From Gammaproteobacteria bacterium (GTDB lineage: Bacteria > Pseudomonadota > Gammaproteobacteria > Eutrophobiales > Eutrophobiaceae): a stretch of DNA of 37,703 bases. Of this stretch, positions 32,402-37,703 are shown in pieces. The notes below the pieces were generated by a model. That model did no database searches, was not told the DNA's origin, and saw only the letters and a list, made by a program, of their open reading frames with translations. Position numbers and translations under genes: made by a program. How positions within the stretch are numbered: position 1 is the first letter of the stretch; each line of letters begins with the position of its first letter. Location: positions 1 through 37,703 of the forward strand of contig JBFIJV010000003.1 in assembly GCA_041600575.1 (NCBI GenBank), in the 5' to 3' direction.

Positions 32402-33553
32402 ATGAAAGATTCAATTTTCCATAAGCCCGATATATCAACACCGGCCTATGTCTATGATCAAAGCCGCATCACTGAGGTACTGGATAGGCTCGTAACCTTA
32501 AAAGACAAGACTCGGTGCCTGCCTTTGTATTCAATCAAGTCTGTGAATATGGTTGGTTTACTGAATGTGATTAAACCTTATATTACCGGCTTTTCATGTA
32601 GCTCCCTGTTCGAAGTCCAGTTAGCAAAAGAAATTCTGGATGAGAATCAAACTATGCATATTACGACACCGGGTTATCGAGACGATGAATGGGAAGATAT
32701 TATTGAGTTAAGTGATTTTGTGACGTTGAATTCAGTAACGCAGTGGCGACGTTTTGCAAAACAAATCAATGCTAACGCAAGTTGTGGCATACGCATCAAT
32801 CCGGAATTATCCTTCGTCAAGGATGAACGTTACGATCCTTGTCGAACAGATTCGAAACTGGGGATGACCTTTGATCAAATCGTTAGCGCAAATGCCAAAC
32901 AAGAATTGGACTGGCAATATATTAAAGGTATCCATATACACAATAATTGCGAATCAATAGATTTCGAAGAATTACAAAAGAGTGTGATGCGTGTGATGCA
33001 AGGTTTGTCAGAATATAAACCACAATTGAACTGGATCAATCTTGGTGGTGGTTATTTATTTAAAGACGAAACAGATTTAACACCGTTGGAAGATACGATT
33101 AAATGGCTTCAGGATGAATTCAATGTAGATGTTTTTATTGAACCTGGCAAAGCTATAACGGGTAATGCGGGTTATTTAGTCTCTACAGTGATTGATCTGA
33201 TTGAGAGCAAAACTAAAAAAATAGTGGTGCTCGATGCTTCTATAAACCATTTGCCCGAAGTCTTTGAATATCAATACAAGCCGAATATTCTTCAGGCAGC
33301 CAGCAATGGCAAGCATGAATACCGCCTGGTAGGATGCAGTTGCTTGAGTGGTGATCTATTTGGCGATTATTATTTTGATGAAATAATCGAATCCGGTAGC
33401 CGCATCGTTTTTGAAAACATTGGTGCTTATATGCAAGTTAAAGCAAATATGTTTAATGGGATTAATCTACCAAGCACCTATTTATTAGATCACAAGAATA
33501 ATCTTGAGTTGATAAAACAATATGACTACGAATCCTTTCGTAGTCGGTTATAA
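32402..33553 (+). CDS. nspC: Carboxynorspermidine/carboxyspermidine decarboxylase-like PLP enzyme
   Basis: TPAYVYD, YSIKS (PLP Lys), GIRINPE, YDPC..SKLG, INLGGG, IEPG, SCLSGDLFG, KANMFNGINLPS. Confidence 0.78.
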   Translation: MKDSIFHKPDISTPAYVYDQSRITEVLDRLVTLKDKTRCLPLYSIKSVNMVGLLNVIKPYITGFSCSSLFEVQLAKEILDENQTMHITTPGYRDDEWEDIIELSDFVTLNSVTQWRRFAKQINANASCGIRINPELSFVKDERYDPCRTDSKLGMTFDQIVSANAKQELDWQYIKGIHIHNNCESIDFEELQKSVMRVMQGLSEYKPQLNWINLGGGYLFKDETDLTPLEDTIKWLQDEFNVDVFIEPGKAITGNAGYLVSTVIDLIESKTKKIVVLDASINHLPEVFEYQYKPNILQAASNGKHEYRLVGCSCLSGDLFGDYYFDEIIESGSRIVFENIGAYMQVKANMFNGINLPSTYLLDHKNNLELIKQYDYESFRSRL

Positions 33554-33558
33554 GTCAT

Positions 33559-34032
33559 TCAGGAATTCTCTATTAAACTCCTTAACATCCATGCATTTTT
33601 CTCATGTACCTGCATACGCTGGGTTAATAAATCTGCAGAGGGTTCATCATTCGCCGCATCGACTAATGGAAAGATAGACCGAGCAGTTCTCGCTACAGTT
33701 TCCTGTCCGATAATGAGTTGCTTGATCATTTCTTCAGCATCTGGTGTTCCTGTTTCTTCTGTAATGGAAGTCAATTCTGCGAATTGTTTGTATGAACCCG
33801 GTGCATTAACTCCCAGAGCACGAATGCGTTCTGCTATTTGATCCACTGCTAATGCGAGCTCAGTGTAATGTGTTTCAAACAACAGATGTAATGTTGAGAA
33901 CATTGGCCCGGTAACATTCCAGTGAAAATTATGCGTCTTCAAATAGAGCGTATAACTATCGGCGAGTAAACGGGATAAACCTTCGGCAATTTTTTCCCGT
34001 TGGTCTTTATCGATCCCAATATTAATGTCCAT
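33559..34032 (-). CDS. dps: Dps family DNA starvation/stationary-phase protection protein
   Basis: [45 protein letters not shown]. Confidence 0.96.
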   Translation of the reverse strand: MDINIGIDKDQREKIAEGLSRLLADSYTLYLKTHNFHWNVTGPMFSTLHLLFETHYTELALAVDQIAERIRALGVNAPGSYKQFAELTSITEETGTPDAEEMIKQLIIGQETVARTARSIFPLVDAANDEPSADLLTQRMQVHEKNAWMLRSLIENS

Positions 34033-34078
34033 AAATTACCTCTTTGCTTGTCATTAAACATGAAATAAAAATATAGCA

Positions 34079-34135
34079 ATTATAGGATATGTTTTAAAAC
34101 TAATTGTTTTTATTAAGTTCATAGAGAATAACTAT
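34079..34135 (-). promoter_or_regulatory. dps promoter with OxyR-like site
   Basis: Minus strand ATAG-N7-CTAT-N7-ATAA-N7-TAGT (34135-34099) overlapping the expected -35 position, and TATAAT at 34084-34079. Confidence 0.6.
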
Positions 34136-34245
34136 CATGGTGTATGCTGGCAGAATGATCGTAAAGTATTGTCGAGTTACGGTAATATGTTTGCCGAAGG
34201 ATATGTCTGTACCAACGCTATAATTTCAGGACTTGTTTATTTTTT

Positions 34246-34788
34246 ATGTTGTCAGTTGTTAAAGTACTTTTTTTGGCTTTTTTTGATATCTGTCGTCTTA
34301 TAAAGCGACCTCAGGATATACCTGCATCAAAGAATTTATTGACACTGTGTTTGGTGTTGTATGGATTTTTGTCGATTCAGTTAGCAGCGTTATCGCAGCC
34401 TTTGGATAAAGCTGTTCTGGCAGGATTACTGGAAGTTGCCATGATCATGCTGTTTTCCTTCGCATTACTACAAATCAGTGGAAAATCTGTCCGCTGGGTG
34501 CAAACGGTTACGGCATTGTCGGGAACCGGGATTATAATCAGCGTCATTGCATTACCGTTGTACCTGTTTATAGGAATAGGCACTGATAACACAGTGAGTT
34601 CGAGCGGGTTTCAAGTCTTTGGTTTGTTGTTTCTTGCCATATTGGCGTGTTGGAATATCGCGATTATGGGTCATATCTTGCGTCATGCGCTCGACATTAA
34701 TATGTTCCTGGCAATTGTCCTGTCCATTACCTATATCTGGATCATATTCAGTTTTACCGCGGCAATAATGCCAATGGAAGTTAATTAA
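34246..34788 (+). CDS. Hypothetical integral membrane protein (about 5 TM)
   Basis: Highly hydrophobic with a PQDIPAS motif; stop overlaps the mpl start (TAATG). Confidence 0.8.
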   Translation: MLSVVKVLFLAFFDICRLIKRPQDIPASKNLLTLCLVLYGFLSIQLAALSQPLDKAVLAGLLEVAMIMLFSFALLQISGKSVRWVQTVTALSGTGIIISVIALPLYLFIGIGTDNTVSSSGFQVFGLLFLAILACWNIAIMGHILRHALDINMFLAIVLSITYIWIIFSFTAAIMPMEVN

Positions 34789-36143
34789 TGCATATTCATA
34801 TCTTAGGTATTTGTGGCACTTTTATGGGCGGGCTTGCCCAGATTGCAAGGTCATTGGGACATCAAGTGACCGGTTCAGATCAAAATGTTTATCCGCCGAT
34901 GAGCGATCAACTTGCTAGTATGGCGATTGTGATTATGAATGGTTATGAGGCCGAGCACCTGGAGCCAAGTCCCGATTTGGTCATTGTGGGTAATACCATC
35001 TCGCGTGGGAATCCTGCGCTTGAGAAGGTGTTAAACAGTGATATTCCTTATAGTTCAGGACCGGAGTGGTTATATCGAGAGGTGTTGCAATATAAACACG
35101 TGCTTGCCGTCTCAGGTACCCACGGCAAGACAACAACAACGACAATATTAAGCTGGATCCTGGAATTTGCCGGTCTCAGGCCTGGTTTTTTGATTGGAGG
35201 AGTAGCAGAAAACTTTGGTTTATCAGCACGTTATACTGATTCTGACTATTTTGTCATCGAGGCAGATGAATACGATACGGCATTTAGCGATAAACGCTCT
35301 AAATTTATTCATTATCACCCTAAAACGCTAATAATTAACAATCTTGAGTTTGATCATGCTGATATCTTTCATGATCTTGCCGCTATAAGACGCGAATTTC
35401 ATCATTTATTGAAAATAATCCCGGAGCAGGGCAAGATAATTTATCCAGGGAATGATGAACAGGTAAATAAAGTGATAGAAATGGGTTGTTGGACAGAATT
35501 AGTTTCCTTTTCAGGTCCAGAATCGGAGTGGTCACTTACTAACCCAGATCATGATTATCGTCATTTTTCAGTTCAGAAAAAAAATGAAACCGAGGGTAAA
35601 GTCGCCTGGTCTTTAATAGGCGAACACAATGCCTACAATGCCCTGACGGCAATTATTGCCGCGTATGACGTTGGAGTTGCGATAGAAACTGCCTGTGATG
35701 CCTTATCCGTGTTTAAATCGGTTAAACGTCGTTTGGAATGTATCTATGATGCAAACGGCGTTCGAATTTATGATGATTTTGCTCACCACCCAACAGCTAT
35801 AATAAAAACACTCAATGCGCTGCGGCAGCATGCAGGAGAAGACGCACGTCTAATAGCCATTATGGAGCCACGCTCAAATACCATGAAAATGGGTGTGCAT
35901 GCCGAAACATTAGCCGGTGCTTTTGTTGAGGCGGATCAGGTTTTGCTGTTTCAGGGGGATAATGTGGGTTGGGATATTGCCAAGCATATGGATAAGCTCG
36001 GCGATCGTTGCCGAGTCTTCAAAGATATCGAAGAAATTGTTACTTTAATAGCACAACAGCGCCAACCAGGCGACCATATTGTCATAATGAGTAATGGTGG
36101 TTTCGGTGGGCTTCACAAAAAATTGATCGACGTCCTGAGTTAA
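34788..36143 (+). CDS. mpl: Murein peptide ligase
   Basis: MHIHILGICGTFMGGLA, VYPPMS, SGTHGKTTT, IEADEYDTAF, NLEFDHADIF, DDFAHHPTAI, MSNGGFGG. Confidence 0.97.
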   Translation: MHIHILGICGTFMGGLAQIARSLGHQVTGSDQNVYPPMSDQLASMAIVIMNGYEAEHLEPSPDLVIVGNTISRGNPALEKVLNSDIPYSSGPEWLYREVLQYKHVLAVSGTHGKTTTTTILSWILEFAGLRPGFLIGGVAENFGLSARYTDSDYFVIEADEYDTAFSDKRSKFIHYHPKTLIINNLEFDHADIFHDLAAIRREFHHLLKIIPEQGKIIYPGNDEQVNKVIEMGCWTELVSFSGPESEWSLTNPDHDYRHFSVQKKNETEGKVAWSLIGEHNAYNALTAIIAAYDVGVAIETACDALSVFKSVKRRLECIYDANGVRIYDDFAHHPTAIIKTLNALRQHAGEDARLIAIMEPRSNTMKMGVHAETLAGAFVEADQVLLFQGDNVGWDIAKHMDKLGDRCRVFKDIEEIVTLIAQQRQPGDHIVIMSNGGFGGLHKKLIDVLS

Positions 36144-36145
36144 TT

Positions 36146-36739
36146 ATGAAAATACCGCTTTTCCCATTAAATACAGTGATATTTCCAGAAGGAGAATTAC
36201 AACTTCGTTTATTTGAGCCGCGTTATCTTGATATGGTCAGTGAATGTTTGCGTGAAGAGAATGGATTTGGCATTTGTCTAATCCGAGAGGGTGAAGAAGC
36301 GGGTCAAGTAACCGATTTTTTTGCTATGGGAACCTATGTCAAAATTATCGACTGGGATCAAATGGATGATGGTTTACTGGGGATTACTGTTAAGGGTGAG
36401 CAGCGATTCCGGGTAGAGCGAACCGAGATTCAAGCAGATAAACTCTGTCTCGGGGAAGTGACGCTATTGGATGAAGATGATGAACTGTTGCCGGTTTCTT
36501 ATCAGGGTTTTTCTGACCTGCTGAAAGAGATAGCCAATCGTTATGAATTGCCATTTATGGATGAGCCTGAACGATTTGAAGAGGCGAGTTGGGTCAGTGA
36601 TCGTTTGGCTGAATTACTACCGTTTGAGATAACGGCAAAACAATCTTTGCTGGAAATGGATAATGCCTTGAATCGGTTTGATTACATGCAGGCCTTGCTG
36701 GAAAAGATAGATTCAGGTCAGCAATCGAATAACAGCTAA
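36146..36739 (+). CDS. Stand-alone LON substrate-binding domain protein
   Basis: IPLFPLNTVIFP, LRLFEPRYLDMV, GEQRFRV, RLAELLP..KQSLLE; no AAA or protease domain. Confidence 0.9.
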   Translation: MKIPLFPLNTVIFPEGELQLRLFEPRYLDMVSECLREENGFGICLIREGEEAGQVTDFFAMGTYVKIIDWDQMDDGLLGITVKGEQRFRVERTEIQADKLCLGEVTLLDEDDELLPVSYQGFSDLLKEIANRYELPFMDEPERFEEASWVSDRLAELLPFEITAKQSLLEMDNALNRFDYMQALLEKIDSGQQSNNS

Positions 36740-36744
36740 GGATG

Positions 36745-37611
36745 TTATTCAATGAAGCAGGTTGAAACGGGTTCTTCGATGACGGGGTTTTTTAATAACC
36801 CTATATTCTCAATTTCTACAGTAACGCTGTCTCCCGGTTTCATATAACCGCGTGGTTTCATCTTTACACCAACGCCACTGCTGGTTCCGGTAGCTATAAT
36901 ATCGCCTGGTTCAAGCGTCATCACTTGTGTCAGGTATTCGACCAGGTAATAACAATCAAAGATCAGGTTTGTTGTGCTGAAATTCTGGCGTAGCTCTTCA
37001 TTAACCCAGGTCTTTATATTCAGCTTATGTGGATCGTCAATTTCACCCGGCGTGACTATCCAGGGTCCGACTGGCCCATGCGTATCAAATGATTTTCCCA
37101 GCGTCCATGTATGTGAACGCATTTGCCAATCGCGCACACTCACATCATTGACAATGGTATAACCTGCAATTACCGAAGCGGCCTGATCGCGTTTGACATG
37201 ACGGCAACGTTTTCCAATGACAATTCCCAATTCACCTTCATAATCAAGTTTTTCAGAGATCTTTGGTCTATGAATGGCATCACCGGGACCAATGACACAA
37301 CTATTCTGTTTATTAAAAAAGGTCGGGTATTCCGGCTTATCTAACCCGGTTTCTTCAATATGATCAGCATAATTCAGGCTCACGCCAAAAAACTTATTCG
37401 GTTTTAAAATTGGCGCAAGCAATTGCACGTCGTTGATCGGCAATAAATCAGGTGACTTATCTATCTTATCCTGTAATTGGTCTATCGCTGTTAGACCCGA
37501 TTCTAAAAAGTGCTTCATACTTCTGTATGTTTCAGGCGCAGGGCAAATGCTATTATCAATAACAGCACCGACTGATATCTTGTTATTAAATTTATATGAG
37601 ACGAGTTTCAT
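36745..37611 (-). CDS. Fumarylacetoacetate hydrolase family protein
   Basis: LNYADH, LDYEGELGIVIG, NDVSVRDWQ, GKSFDT, LEPGDIIATGT. Confidence 0.93.
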   Translation of the reverse strand: MKLVSYKFNNKISVGAVIDNSICPAPETYRSMKHFLESGLTAIDQLQDKIDKSPDLLPINDVQLLAPILKPNKFFGVSLNYADHIEETGLDKPEYPTFFNKQNSCVIGPGDAIHRPKISEKLDYEGELGIVIGKRCRHVKRDQAASVIAGYTIVNDVSVRDWQMRSHTWTLGKSFDTHGPVGPWIVTPGEIDDPHKLNIKTWVNEELRQNFSTTNLIFDCYYLVEYLTQVMTLEPGDIIATGTSSGVGVKMKPRGYMKPGDSVTVEIENIGLLKNPVIEEPVSTCFIE

Positions 37612-37703
37612 TAATTATTTTTTGCAAAAAAGTGAAATACTATTATTGCAGAAAAATAATATAAGGTTCAGCTAAATTCAGGCTGTTTTGTGTTTGACTC
37701 GAG

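Noticed and set aside
37612-37703. Short AT-rich dyads upstream of the FAH gene
   Set aside because: Expected by chance at this composition, and the context is cut by the window edge.

Overview
Core chromosomal segment of an AT-rich gammaproteobacterium. It opens at the 3' half of a tRNA-Arg(ACG), followed by a membrane diguanylate cyclase, dapC-dapD-arsC and a DMT transporter. Next comes the conserved leuB-asd-fimV-truA-trpFBA-accD-folC-dedD-cvpA-purF cluster. A carbon-partitioning block follows: phaP-phaR-phaA, lpdA-sucB-sucA, and divergent gltA-mdh. The window ends with HAD/rppH, an nspC-like decarboxylase, dps, mpl and an FAH-family gene. I see no integrase, transposase, phage gene, CRISPR array or defence system, and I cannot claim a complete new multi-gene system. 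The best leads are small. (1) A 63-aa HTH-like gene with a perfect 23-bp palindrome sits between trpB and trpA. (2) A stand-alone, signal-peptide-bearing paralogue of the FimV N-terminal domain lies directly upstream of fimV. (3) A PhaR-type operator motif occurs at phaP, phaA and possibly gltA, suggesting coupling of PHA storage and TCA entry. (4) A perfect 22-bp AT-rich inverted repeat lies between phaR and phaP. (5) A short upstream ORF overlaps the rppH start codon. All product calls come from recognising motifs by eye; no database search was run.
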